A stretch of DNA of 64,000 nucleotides from Elusimicrobiota bacterium (GTDB lineage Bacteria; Elusimicrobiota; Elusimicrobia; UBA1565; UBA9628), in NCBI GenBank assembly GCA_035534315.1, contig DATLSD010000049.1, positions 19,339 to 83,338 of the forward strand, in the 5' to 3' direction. The position numbers and the translations under genes are program-made. The first letter of the stretch is position 1; every line of letters begins with the position of its first letter. The notes under the pieces are model-generated. The model ran no database searches and was not told where the DNA came from. It saw only the letters and a program-made list of their open reading frames with translations. Below, one piece after another: positions 51,978-61,835 of the stretch.

Positions 51978-52946
51978 GAAGGCGGGAGCTGCCGCGCCCG
52001 AGCCCTCCTTCTTGGCCATCTCGTTGCGGACCATTTTGCTGGCCAAGCCGCCGAGGAAGCTCGCCGCGACCTGCGAGGCTCCGCCCGACAAATCGGAACC
52101 CGCATCCTGGGAGGCGTCGTCGGCTCCGGCCGGCGCGGCGCTGTCCTGCTCGGGATACCAGCGCACGTCAAGTTCGACGGGGTAGCCCTTGACGCGGGAC
52201 ATCTTCTCTTGGAACTCGGCCAGGCTTTGGGAAAGGTCCTGCCCGTTGGCTCCCGTCATCAGGGCGAGGAGCTTGAAGCCGAAATCCTGGGCCTCGTCCG
52301 ATGAGAGGCCCAGCCCCATCTTGTCGAAATAGGCCTTGTTGAACGCGGCCACCTCGGAGGAGGCTTGCTTCAAGTCCGCGGTCCAGGGCGCCGCCCAGAC
52401 GTCCGCTTCCATGCGGTAGGTCCGGGTCTGCTGGGTCTGCGCGTCCTGGGTTTCCAGCAGATAACGGATGGCGTAATGCTCGGCCGAAAATTCGCCGACG
52501 GTTTTCCGCTCGCTCATGTCCTTCACGCCGAATTCCGTCTTGACGACGCGGACGGCGGAGGGCGCCGCGTCCTGCGATGAGGCCGGCGCCGCCTCACCCT
52601 GCGGGGGCGAGCCGTTTTGCGGTACGGAGATGGGGGATTCCGTGTAGGTCTTGCGCTTGGAGTCCAAGGCCCACCGCTTGTCCAAGTCGACCCGGTCGAT
52701 GTCCAGGGTCTCTTTTCCCTTGCCTCCGCTGATAAAGCGCATCACGGAGCCAGTGAACTTGAGCGTGCGCTCCTTGCGGGCCTTCAAGCCCTGGAACTCC
52801 ATGACCGACTCGGCCTTGAAGGCGCCCGCGCCATGGACGCCGGAACTCTCCACGTTCTGCGTCAGGGCCACGCCGGCGAAGGCCGGCGCCGCGAACGCCG
52901 CGGCGAGGCCGGCTAGGAAAATGATTTTCGCGCGCTTCATGTTCAT
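51888..52946 (-). CDS. hypothetical exported protein
   Basis: Signal peptide 'IIFLAGLAAAFAAPAFAG'. It has beta-rich N- and C-terminal parts with an acidic, low-complexity insert, and ends 'FEVPAGYRKKA'. Confidence 0.7.
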   Translation of the reverse strand: MNMKRAKIIFLAGLAAAFAAPAFAGVALTQNVESSGVHGAGAFKAESVMEFQGLKARKERTLKFTGSVMRFISGGKGKETLDIDRVDLDKRWALDSKRKTYTESPISVPQNGSPPQGEAAPASSQDAAPSAVRVVKTEFGVKDMSERKTVGEFSAEHYAIRYLLETQDAQTQQTRTYRMEADVWAAPWTADLKQASSEVAAFNKAYFDKMGLGLSSDEAQDFGFKLLALMTGANGQDLSQSLAEFQEKMSRVKGYPVELDVRWYPEQDSAAPAGADDASQDAGSDLSGGASQVAASFLGGLASKMVRNEMAKKEGSGAAAPAFSVRTVVESVKVKSLPESDFEVPAGYRKKA

Positions 52947-53047
52947 TGTCCTCCGGGTGCTGGAATTTTCGAGACTATACTACAACGGGCGCGGGGCGGG
53001 CAACGCGGATGATTTCCCGAATTCGGATGTGATAGTCTATACCCGTC

Positions 53048-54035
<988 letters not shown>

Positions 54036-54049
<14 letters not shown>

Positions 54050-54914
54050 CGCCGTCTCGCTTGCCAAGCTTAAGAGCCTGAGCCTCAGGCTCGGGCGCCT
54101 CGCCTCCGAAAGCCACGCCCAGGGCCGCCATAAAAGCGTCTTCAAGGGTTACTCGCGCGACTTCGCCCAGCACCGCGCCTACGCGCCCGGCGACGAGCCG
54201 CGCACCCTCGACTGGAAGGTCTACGCGCGCACCGATCGCTTCTACGTCAAGGAATTCATGAGCGAGAGCGTGCTTTCCGGGCACGTGCTCCTGGATGCCT
54301 CGGGCTCGATGGGATTTTCGACGCAGGGCCGCGCGCCCAAATGGGACTACGCCTGCCGTCTGGCGATGGCGCTTGGCTACTTGATCCTGAGCCGCGGTGA
54401 CGCGGCCGGGCTTCTGGCCTTCGGCGCGGGCGCGGGCCGCGAGGTGCCCGCGAAAAAATCGCTCGCGCACTTGAGCGCCTTGGATGACGCGCTGTCCGAG
54501 CTCTCGCCGCGAGGCGAGGCCGACTTGCCCCGCGCCCTGGGCGAGACTGCGCTGCGCCTGCGCCGACGCTCCTTGGTCGTGGTCATCTCCGATTTGCTGG
54601 GCCCGCCGGACCAGATCATCGCGGCCATGCGGGGACTGCGCGCGCGCAAGAACCGCCTGGTGGTCCTGCAGGTCATCGATCCCGCCGAGCGCGATTTCCC
54701 ATTCGACGGCCCGACTGAATTCGAGAGCTTGGAGACCGGCGAGCGCTTTTTCTGCGAGGCCTCCGTGCTGCGCCAGACATACCGGGAAGAGTTCGCGCGC
54801 GACCTTTCGCTCTACGAGGCCAGCTTCGCGGCGATGGGCGCGGCCTACGCGCCCTGCCCCACCGACATTCCCTGGGACGCGGCCTTAAAGCGCCTCCTGG
54901 CCTCGCTGCGATGA
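54036..54914 (+). CDS. DUF58-family protein (MoxR-associated, VWA-like)
   Basis: I propose the GTG at 54036 as the start, overlapping the moxR end by 14 nt. It has 'HKSVFKGYSRDFAQHRAYAPGDEPRTLDWKVYARTDRFYVKEF' and 'LLDASGSM', which are typical of DUF58. Confidence 0.85.
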
Positions 54915-54930
54915 ACGGAGGAATTCGGCT

Positions 54931-57684
54931 TTGATTTTCGGCGCGCCGGCAATTTTGTGGGCCTTGCCGCTTTCGGCCGTGCCGCTGGCCTTTCATCTCA
55001 TTTTCCGCCGGCAGGCCAAGCGCGTGCCCTTCAGCGACACGCTGCTCCTGCGCCGCGCCTACTCGCGAACCAAGCCCTTCTCGCGCCTGCGCCAGTGGAT
55101 TTTGGTCGCGCTGCGCTGCCTGGTGCTTCTGCTTTTGATTCTCGCCTGCGCCAAACCCATTCTGGAATCCTCCGGCGGCGCGGGCGCGGGCTCGCGCGGC
55201 ACGGACGTTCTGCTCCTGCTCGACCGCTCGTACTCTATGCGCTACCGCGAAGGGGGAAAAACACGCTTCGAGCAGGCCCAGGTCCTGGCGCAGAATATTT
55301 TGGCGCGGCTCTCAGGCTCCGACCGCGCAGCCGTGGAATTTTTCGCGGGCAAGCCGGAATTTCCCGGCGGCCGGCCCGCCTGGATGACTCCGGAGAAGGC
55401 CTCCGCTCTCATCGCCGCGGCTAAACCCGGCTACGGCACCACCGACTACGCCGCCGCGCTCTCGTTTGCGCAGGATTTTCTAGACAAGGACGGCGGCGGG
55501 CGGCGCCGCTCGGCGCTGATTTTAAGCGACAACACCCGCAGCGGCCTTAAAGGCGCGCCGCCGCAGCTCGAACCATCCATTTTGTGGCTGGGGCTTTCCT
55601 GGCCCGCGGCGCAAAATTTGGCCGTCGCCTCCGCGTCGTCAAAACCGGGCGTGGCGGGCGAAGGGCCGTCGCTCAACATCTCGGTCTCGGGCAGCGGCGC
55701 GGAGAGCCGCGACGCGGTCGAAGTTTATCTTGATTCCCGGCGCCTGCCGGACGCCGTCTTGCGCGGCAAAGGCGCCGTGCGCCAAGCGCGCGAGGTTCTG
55801 CCGGCCGCTCCCGCGGACGCGGCGGGCGCGTGGCGAGGAAAGATCGCGCTTCGCCCCGACGCATTGGAGGCAGACGACGAGTACTTCTATTCCTACCGCC
55901 ATCCGGCGCGGCCGCGCGTGCTCTGTCTCTACGGCGCAAGCGATTTTTTTGCGCTGCCCGAGCCCGGCTATTTCCTGCGTCCGCTCTTGGGCGGCCCGCA
56001 GGGAAGCCTGCTGCCCTTCGACGCGGATTTTCTGAGCCTGGACCGAATTCCCGAGGCCGGCTTATCGCGTTACGCCGCCGTGATCCTGGCGGGCGCGCAG
56101 GACTTGACCGCCCAAGAAACCGCGCGCTTGAAGGACTACGTTGCGCGCGGCGGCGGGCTCTTGGTCGTCTCGGGCGCGGCCATGGACCCCGGGCCTTTGG
56201 CGCGGCTTTTGCCCTGGCTGTGCTCCGGCGTGGGCCCGGCCGTGGCCTCGGAAAACGGCGGTATCAAGCCGGGGCCCGGCTCGCCCAAGGGCGCGTGGGA
56301 CGGCTTTGAGCTGAGGTCCGTCTCGCTGGGAAGCTACAGCCTGCTTCAGCCCAAAGCCGGCGCGCGCATCATCTTGCAGTCGGCCTCGGGCTATCCGCTT
56401 TTAGTCGCCGGAAGTTTTGAAAAAGGCCGCACCGAAGTCTGGGCCGGAAGCTTGAACGCCGCGCGGAGCAACTTGGTCATCAGGCCCGTGTTCGCGGCCT
56501 GGGTCCAGACGGCGCTGGGCGAAGTCGTGCCGCCCGCGCCCAAAGAGAAAAACTTGTCGCTGATCGTGGGCCAGCCGATTATGCGCCGCTGGCCGGAGAC
56601 CGAGGCCGCGCCCGCCTCGGTGCGCGTCTTGTCGCCCGACGGCCGCTCGTCGCTCGTTTGGCTCAAGAACCGCGCGCTCGATTTCCCGGACACCAATGAG
56701 CCGGGACTTTACAGCGTTTCGGACAAGTCGTCCGGGCAAAACTGGGTCTACGCCGTGAACCTAGATCGTTCCGGCGGCGAGAGCGACTTGTCCGAGCTTT
56801 CGTCCCCGCCGTGGAAGGCCGTGCCGGCGCGCGAGGACGCCGCGTATTTTGCCTTGCTCCTCCGCGGCCGCAGCGCGCGCGATTGGCTCTTGATCGCGGC
56901 GGTGCTCCTCCTGGCCATCGAGATGCTTATGGCTTTGGGGCCGCGGGTTCTCGCGGCGGGGCTGCTGATCTTCGTCCTGGCCAGGCCGGCACCCGCCCAG
57001 CAGGGTGACCGCTTTGTCTGGACGCAAGTAAAGCTCGGCGATACGTGGGACCCTTACCCCAACGTGCCCGCGCAAATTCTGGCCTACGTCTCGCGGCTGA
57101 CCAGCATTTTAGTCGAGCCCGAACGCCGCGTCATCAGCTTGGACGACCCGGCGCTTTTCTCCTCTCCGCTGATCGTGCTGGCCGGCAGCGACGCGCCGCC
57201 GCCCCTGACCGAACTGGAGCAGAAAAATCTGCGCGACTATTTCGACGGCGGCGGGCTCTTGTGGCTGGAGGACGTCTCCGGCGCGCAGACAAGCTCCTTC
57301 GATGCTTGGGCGCGCCGGATCCTGCCGCAAGTCCTGCCCGGCGCGTCCTTTGAGGACGTCGCGCCCGATAACGTCATTTACAAAAGCTTTTTCCTGCTGC
57401 GCGGCCCGGCCGGGCGGGTCATGACGCGCGGCACGCTTGAGAAAATCGTCTGGGACGGCCGCACGGCCGTCATCTACTCGCGCAACGACATTCTGGGCGC
57501 CTGGGCGCTCGATCCTTTGGGCAAACCGCTCTACCCGTGCCTGCCCGGCGGCGAGCCACAACGCGAGATGGCCCAGCGCCTCACTTTGAACCTGGTCATG
57601 TTCTCGCTGACCGGCACCTACAAGAACGATGCCGTGCACCAGCCTTACATTCTGATGAAGATGCGCGAGGACGGCATCCCATGA
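54931..57684 (+). CDS. BatA-N (double-TM) / VWA-like protein fused to a DUF4159-like domain
   Basis: TTG start with GGAGG 10 nt upstream. The N-terminal 'PAILWALPLSAVPLAFHLIFRRQAKRVPFSDTLLL' is the aerotolerance-regulator N-terminal domain. It has a MIDAS-like 'LLLDRSYSM'. After an internal hydrophobic segment at aa ~651-688, the C-terminal 230 aa resemble DUF4159 ('FSSPLIVLAGSDAPPPLTELEQKNLRDYFDGGGLLWLEDVSG', 'AVIYSRNDILGAW'). Confidence 0.85.
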   Translation: MIFGAPAILWALPLSAVPLAFHLIFRRQAKRVPFSDTLLLRRAYSRTKPFSRLRQWILVALRCLVLLLLILACAKPILESSGGAGAGSRGTDVLLLLDRSYSMRYREGGKTRFEQAQVLAQNILARLSGSDRAAVEFFAGKPEFPGGRPAWMTPEKASALIAAAKPGYGTTDYAAALSFAQDFLDKDGGGRRRSALILSDNTRSGLKGAPPQLEPSILWLGLSWPAAQNLAVASASSKPGVAGEGPSLNISVSGSGAESRDAVEVYLDSRRLPDAVLRGKGAVRQAREVLPAAPADAAGAWRGKIALRPDALEADDEYFYSYRHPARPRVLCLYGASDFFALPEPGYFLRPLLGGPQGSLLPFDADFLSLDRIPEAGLSRYAAVILAGAQDLTAQETARLKDYVARGGGLLVVSGAAMDPGPLARLLPWLCSGVGPAVASENGGIKPGPGSPKGAWDGFELRSVSLGSYSLLQPKAGARIILQSASGYPLLVAGSFEKGRTEVWAGSLNAARSNLVIRPVFAAWVQTALGEVVPPAPKEKNLSLIVGQPIMRRWPETEAAPASVRVLSPDGRSSLVWLKNRALDFPDTNEPGLYSVSDKSSGQNWVYAVNLDRSGGESDLSELSSPPWKAVPAREDAAYFALLLRGRSARDWLLIAAVLLLAIEMLMALGPRVLAAGLLIFVLARPAPAQQGDRFVWTQVKLGDTWDPYPNVPAQILAYVSRLTSILVEPERRVISLDDPALFSSPLIVLAGSDAPPPLTELEQKNLRDYFDGGGLLWLEDVSGAQTSSFDAWARRILPQVLPGASFEDVAPDNVIYKSFFLLRGPAGRVMTRGTLEKIVWDGRTAVIYSRNDILGAWALDPLGKPLYPCLPGGEPQREMAQRLTLNLVMFSLTGTYKNDAVHQPYILMKMREDGIP

Positions 57685-59903
57685 TCGTCCCGCGGATGGA
57701 ATTTTCCGCCGGCGGCTGGGCCTGGGGCGCGGCCGCGGTTTTGCTCGCGGCGTCTGTCTGGCACGCGAGCCGCACGCGCGCTGGCAAAAGACTTTTGGCT
57801 CTGCGCCTTTTGGCCGCGGCGGTCGCGATTTTGGCCCTGCTCAACCCCGCCGTGGATTTGCGCAAGGGTGTGCTTAAAAAACCCGGGCTTTTGATTCTCG
57901 TTGATGCCGGGCATTCCATGGCCGCCGCCTCGGGACGGGAGAAAGCCTCTCGGCTCAAAGAGGCGCTGGACTGGCTTGCGGCCAACCGCGCGCGCATCGA
58001 GGCCGCGGCGGAGCCGCGCGTCCTGGCCCTTTCGGACGGCGCGCAGAGCGTGGACTGGAACGAGACGGGTTCTTTAAGCGCCGGCGACGCGGCCTTCGAG
58101 CCGGAAAACGCCCTCCCTCAGGCGCAGGAAATGATTTCCGCGCAAAGCGAGCCGGCCAAGCGCGTGTGGCTTTTGTCGGACGGCGTGGCGGACGAGCCGC
58201 CGCCCAAGGACGTCTTCTCCGCTCTGGGCGCGCCCGTGGACGTGCTGGCCGCGGGCCAAGAGCCGCGCGGCGCCGGGCTGTCCTTGATGGACGTGCGCCC
58301 GCCGGACTTCGCCTTCCTGCATCAGCGCTTCTCCATTTCCTTCTCGCTCAAGGCCTGGGGACTCCCCGGCCGGCAAGTGAGGGTCTCCTTATATAAGGAA
58401 GCGGGCGGGGTCAAGAGCGCTCCCTTGGCCCAGGCGAACTTTAACCCCAGCTCCTCGTTCGCGCTCTTTACCTCAAGCCTGACCGCGACCGCGCAGAGCC
58501 TCGGCGGCGAGAACTTTGTCATCGAAGCGAAAACGCAGATCGCGGCCACGGGCTTGACGGCCATCAAGCGCATCCAAGTGCAGGTCATCCGCCAGAAATA
58601 CCGCATTATGTTCCTAGCCGGCCGGCCCAGTCCCGAGTACGTCTTTCTGCGCGAGTTCTTGAAGTCCGACCCCAACCGAGAGGTCGTCTCCTTCGTCATC
58701 CTGCGCAACCCGGGCAACATGGTGCCCATCCCGGACAACGAGCTCTCGCTCATCCCTTTCCCGGAAGACGAGATTTTCATGCGCGACATCTCCCAGTTTG
58801 ATCTCTTCATCCTGGAGAATTTTTCGCCCGCGCGCTTCTATCTGCCGCCCGCCTACCTTGCCTCGATACGCAATTATGTGGCCAAGGGCGGGGCGCTGCT
58901 CATCATCGGCGGAGAGAACGCCTTCAACGTTGGCGGCTACAGGGGAACGCCGCTGGAAGACTTGCTGCCCGCCAAACTATCCGCAGCGGAGCCGGACTTC
59001 GCGCCAGGACTTTTCCACGCCGAGCCGGTGGATTATTCGCACCCCATGATCGACCTCTACGGCGGCGCGGCCCAGTCGCGCGCGGTCTGGGGCGCTTTGC
59101 CGGATTTAGACGGCTACGCGCGTTTGGACTCGGTCAACCCCGGCACCATGGTCTTGGCCGTCGATCCCAAAGAGAAAACCGCCGACGGCCAGCCGCTGCC
59201 CGTCATCGCGGTGCGGCCTTACGGCCGCGGCAAGGTCATGATGATCACCACGGACTCAACTTGGCGCTGGCGCCTGGGCGGCGCGCGGCACTTGGCTACC
59301 GCGGATTTCTACCAGCGCTTTTGGTCGCGCGCGGTCGAGTACTTGAGCGGCAGCCTGGATTTATCCAAGGTCAAATTCGTCCCGCTGCCGCGGCCTTTGC
59401 CGGACGAAGAGCCCTTGGAAGTGACCCTGCGGGTCTTCGACGCGCAGTTTCGGCCCGCGCCGGACGCGGACACGTCTGTTTCCATCGTCTGGACCAAGCC
59501 GGACGGGCGCCGCCAGGTTCTCTCGCCCCAGGCCGCGGGGCCGGGCCTTTACCGCGTGCGCCTGACCGGAATTTCAGCCGGAGCGCAAAGCCTGCGCGCC
59601 TCGGTCTTTTTCCGCGGCAAGGCGTGGGGCGCCGACCGCTTGAAATTTTTCTGGAGCCCCGGCGCCGCGGCGCCTCCCATGGACCGGGCCTGGCTCGAAG
59701 CGGCCGCCAAGGACGGCGGCGGCGGCTACGCGAACTTGAAGGACGCCGACGCGGCCAAGCTCCTCGCGAAGCTGCCGCCGCCGGAACTTGTGGCCGAGAC
59801 CAGCCGTCGACTGCATCCCTTCGCGAGCCCGTGGTTTTTGGCCTTGGCGGGCGCCCTCTTCGCGCTGGAAATTTTCCTGCGACGCATCAAGGGGCTGGCC
59901 TAA
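57681..59903 (+). CDS. membrane protein with degenerate VWA-like region and class-I glutamine-amidotransferase-like (DUF1355-type) domain
   Basis: ATGA overlap with the previous stop. It has N-terminal TMs, 'LLILVDAGHSM', 'DLFILENFSPARF...VAKGGALLIIGGENAF' and 'MMITTDSTWRWRL', plus the C-terminal TM 'FLALAGALFALEIFL'. This is the usual fourth member of MoxR/DUF58/BatA-type operons. Confidence 0.8.
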   Translation: MIVPRMEFSAGGWAWGAAAVLLAASVWHASRTRAGKRLLALRLLAAAVAILALLNPAVDLRKGVLKKPGLLILVDAGHSMAAASGREKASRLKEALDWLAANRARIEAAAEPRVLALSDGAQSVDWNETGSLSAGDAAFEPENALPQAQEMISAQSEPAKRVWLLSDGVADEPPPKDVFSALGAPVDVLAAGQEPRGAGLSLMDVRPPDFAFLHQRFSISFSLKAWGLPGRQVRVSLYKEAGGVKSAPLAQANFNPSSSFALFTSSLTATAQSLGGENFVIEAKTQIAATGLTAIKRIQVQVIRQKYRIMFLAGRPSPEYVFLREFLKSDPNREVVSFVILRNPGNMVPIPDNELSLIPFPEDEIFMRDISQFDLFILENFSPARFYLPPAYLASIRNYVAKGGALLIIGGENAFNVGGYRGTPLEDLLPAKLSAAEPDFAPGLFHAEPVDYSHPMIDLYGGAAQSRAVWGALPDLDGYARLDSVNPGTMVLAVDPKEKTADGQPLPVIAVRPYGRGKVMMITTDSTWRWRLGGARHLATADFYQRFWSRAVEYLSGSLDLSKVKFVPLPRPLPDEEPLEVTLRVFDAQFRPAPDADTSVSIVWTKPDGRRQVLSPQAAGPGLYRVRLTGISAGAQSLRASVFFRGKAWGADRLKFFWSPGAAAPPMDRAWLEAAAKDGGGGYANLKDADAAKLLAKLPPPELVAETSRRLHPFASPWFLALAGALFALEIFLRRIKGLA

Positions 59904-59926
59904 GCTCCGCGCTTTTAAAATAGGCA

Positions 59927-59955
59927 TTGAAAACCTAAGAAAGACGCTCTATACT
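59927..59955 (+). promoter_or_regulatory. putative sigma70-type promoter (TTGAAA-17-TATACT)
   Basis: TTGAAA at 59927-59932, a 17-nt spacer and TATACT at 59950-59955. It lies about 28 nt upstream of the kinase start, with the SD AAGGGGG in between. Confidence 0.5.
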
Positions 59956-59983
59956 TAGACAATTCCGCAAGGGGGTGTGGCTT

Positions 59984-61810
59984 GTGAATACCCTGGAAGA
60001 AACGTTGCCGGGGCTCACCCACGGCGACCATTGCTGTCTTTTCTTCACTTCTCCCGAAGAGCAGAGCCGGATCACGGCTCCCTTCCTGGCCATCGGCCTC
60101 GAGCGCGGCGAGCGCTGCGTCTTCGTGGGAAACGATCCCTCCATCGAAGCGGTCCGCGGCGGTTTGAAGAGCTTCGGCGTCAACATCGAAGATCAAGAGA
60201 AAAAGAACCGCCTCATCCTGACGAGCAACCATGACTATCTCGAGGACGGCCATTGGCGGACCGAAAAGATGCTCGGCTTTCTCCAGAAGGCCTATGACGG
60301 CGCCTTGGCGGAGGATTTTACCGCCTTGCGGGCGGCGGGCGACGTTTCCTGGCAGGTCGGTCCGCACAAGGAGTACCAGGATCTCGTCTATTACGAGGCG
60401 CTCCTGGATCTGTTCTTCATCGGCAAGCGGATGGTGGGCATGTGCCAGTATCCCAAGGACACCTGCCCGGCCGAAACGCTCGCCGGAATATTAAATACCC
60501 ACAAGATCGCCGCCATAGATTCCGAGGTCTGCTCGAATTTCCACTATCTGCCTCCGCAGATGCTTATCGAGAAGGACGCCGGCGTGCGCGAGAAAAAGCG
60601 CGTCGAATGGATGACCGCCCAGCTGCTGCGCGTCAAGAGAGCCGAGGAGGAGCGCGACGCCATCGGGCAGCAGCTCCTTCAGTCGCAGAAGATGGAGGCC
60701 GTCGGACGGCTTGCGGGCGGCGTCGCCCACGACTTCAACAACATCCTGACCGCCATCCTGGGCTTGAGCGACTTCGTCTTGGAGAACCCCTCCGCCGACA
60801 GCAGCGTCAAGGGCGACGTGAAGGAAATCAAAATCGCCGGGGAGCGGGCCGCGGCACTCACGCGGCAACTCTTGGCCTTCAGCCGGCGGCAGGTTCTCCA
60901 GCCCAGGGTCATCAACCTCAACGACACGGTTTCGAGCATGGACCGGTTCCTTGGCCGCATCATCGGGGCGAGCATCGAACTGACGACTTTTCTGAGCCCC
61001 GCCTTGGGCAACGTGAAGGCCGACCCGGGGCAAATCGAGCAGGTCATCATGAACCTGGTCGTCAATGCCCGCGACGCGATGCCCAACGGGGGGAAAATCG
61101 CCTTGGAGACGGGGGACGTCGAGCTGAGCGAGGACTACGCCGAAGCCCACCCGGAAGTTTCAGCCGGGCCATACGTCATGCTGGCCGTCAGCGATACCGG
61201 CGAGGGCATGGACGCTCGGACTCAGGCGCGCATCTTCGAGCCGTTTTTCACCACGAGGGCGCGCGGAAAGGGAACCGGCCTGGGGCTTTCAACGGTCCAC
61301 GGCATCGTGAAGCAAAGCGGCGGCAGCATTTTCGTCTACAGCGAACCCGGAAAGGGCTCGACCTTCAAGATATACTTCCCGCGCGTCGAGGAAAACGCGG
61401 AGGCTCCGGCCAAAGCCGGGCCGCGGGTCGAATCCTTGAATGGAACGGAGACCATCATCGTGGTCGACGACGACGACATCGTCCGCAAGCTGGTCCACCG
61501 CACCCTGGCGGAGCACGGCTACACGGTTCTGGACGCGATGAGCTCCCGCGAGGCCTTGACGTTTTGCGAGCGCCACAAGGGGAACATCCACCTCATGCTC
61601 ACCGACGCCATCCTGCCGCATATGAACGGACGAGAGCTGGGCAAACGCGTGGGAGTCCTGCGCCCCAAGACGAAGATTATCTTCATGTCGGGCTATACTG
61701 ACGACGCCGTCGTGCATCATGGAATTCTGGAGGCGGGCAGCGCCTTCGTGGAGAAGCCCTTTACTCCCGAGGCAATTTTGCGCAAAGTCCGCGAAGTCCT
61801 GGACGCGTAA
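59984..61810 (+). CDS. hybrid sensor histidine kinase/response regulator with N-terminal MEDS-like domain
   Basis: I chose the GTG at 59984, 8 nt after GGGGG; the track start is at 59975. The N-terminal 'HGDHCCLFFTSPEEQSRITAPFLAIGLERGERCVFV' is MEDS-like. It has the H-box 'VAHDFNNILTAILG', 'NLVVNARDAM', 'DTGEGMD', 'GTGLGLSTVHGIV', and a C-terminal receiver ('IIVVDDDDIVRKL', 'LMLTDAILPHMNG'). Confidence 0.88.
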   Translation: MNTLEETLPGLTHGDHCCLFFTSPEEQSRITAPFLAIGLERGERCVFVGNDPSIEAVRGGLKSFGVNIEDQEKKNRLILTSNHDYLEDGHWRTEKMLGFLQKAYDGALAEDFTALRAAGDVSWQVGPHKEYQDLVYYEALLDLFFIGKRMVGMCQYPKDTCPAETLAGILNTHKIAAIDSEVCSNFHYLPPQMLIEKDAGVREKKRVEWMTAQLLRVKRAEEERDAIGQQLLQSQKMEAVGRLAGGVAHDFNNILTAILGLSDFVLENPSADSSVKGDVKEIKIAGERAAALTRQLLAFSRRQVLQPRVINLNDTVSSMDRFLGRIIGASIELTTFLSPALGNVKADPGQIEQVIMNLVVNARDAMPNGGKIALETGDVELSEDYAEAHPEVSAGPYVMLAVSDTGEGMDARTQARIFEPFFTTRARGKGTGLGLSTVHGIVKQSGGSIFVYSEPGKGSTFKIYFPRVEENAEAPAKAGPRVESLNGTETIIVVDDDDIVRKLVHRTLAEHGYTVLDAMSSREALTFCERHKGNIHLMLTDAILPHMNGRELGKRVGVLRPKTKIIFMSGYTDDAVVHHGILEAGSAFVEKPFTPEAILRKVREVLDA

Positions 61811-61835
61811 GCGGCGCGCCGCGCGAACTTAGGGT

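Noticed and set aside
60442-61701. 419-aa alternate-frame ORF within the hybrid histidine kinase
   Set aside because: It is extremely Arg/Gly/Pro-rich, and the kinase frame has all the H, N, G and receiver motifs. It is an out-of-frame artefact.
61811-61822. Self-complementary GCGGCGCGCCGC between the convergent kinase and secreted-protein genes, considered as a terminator
   Set aside because: It allows only a 4-bp stem with a 4-nt loop and has no T-tract. It is too weak to call.
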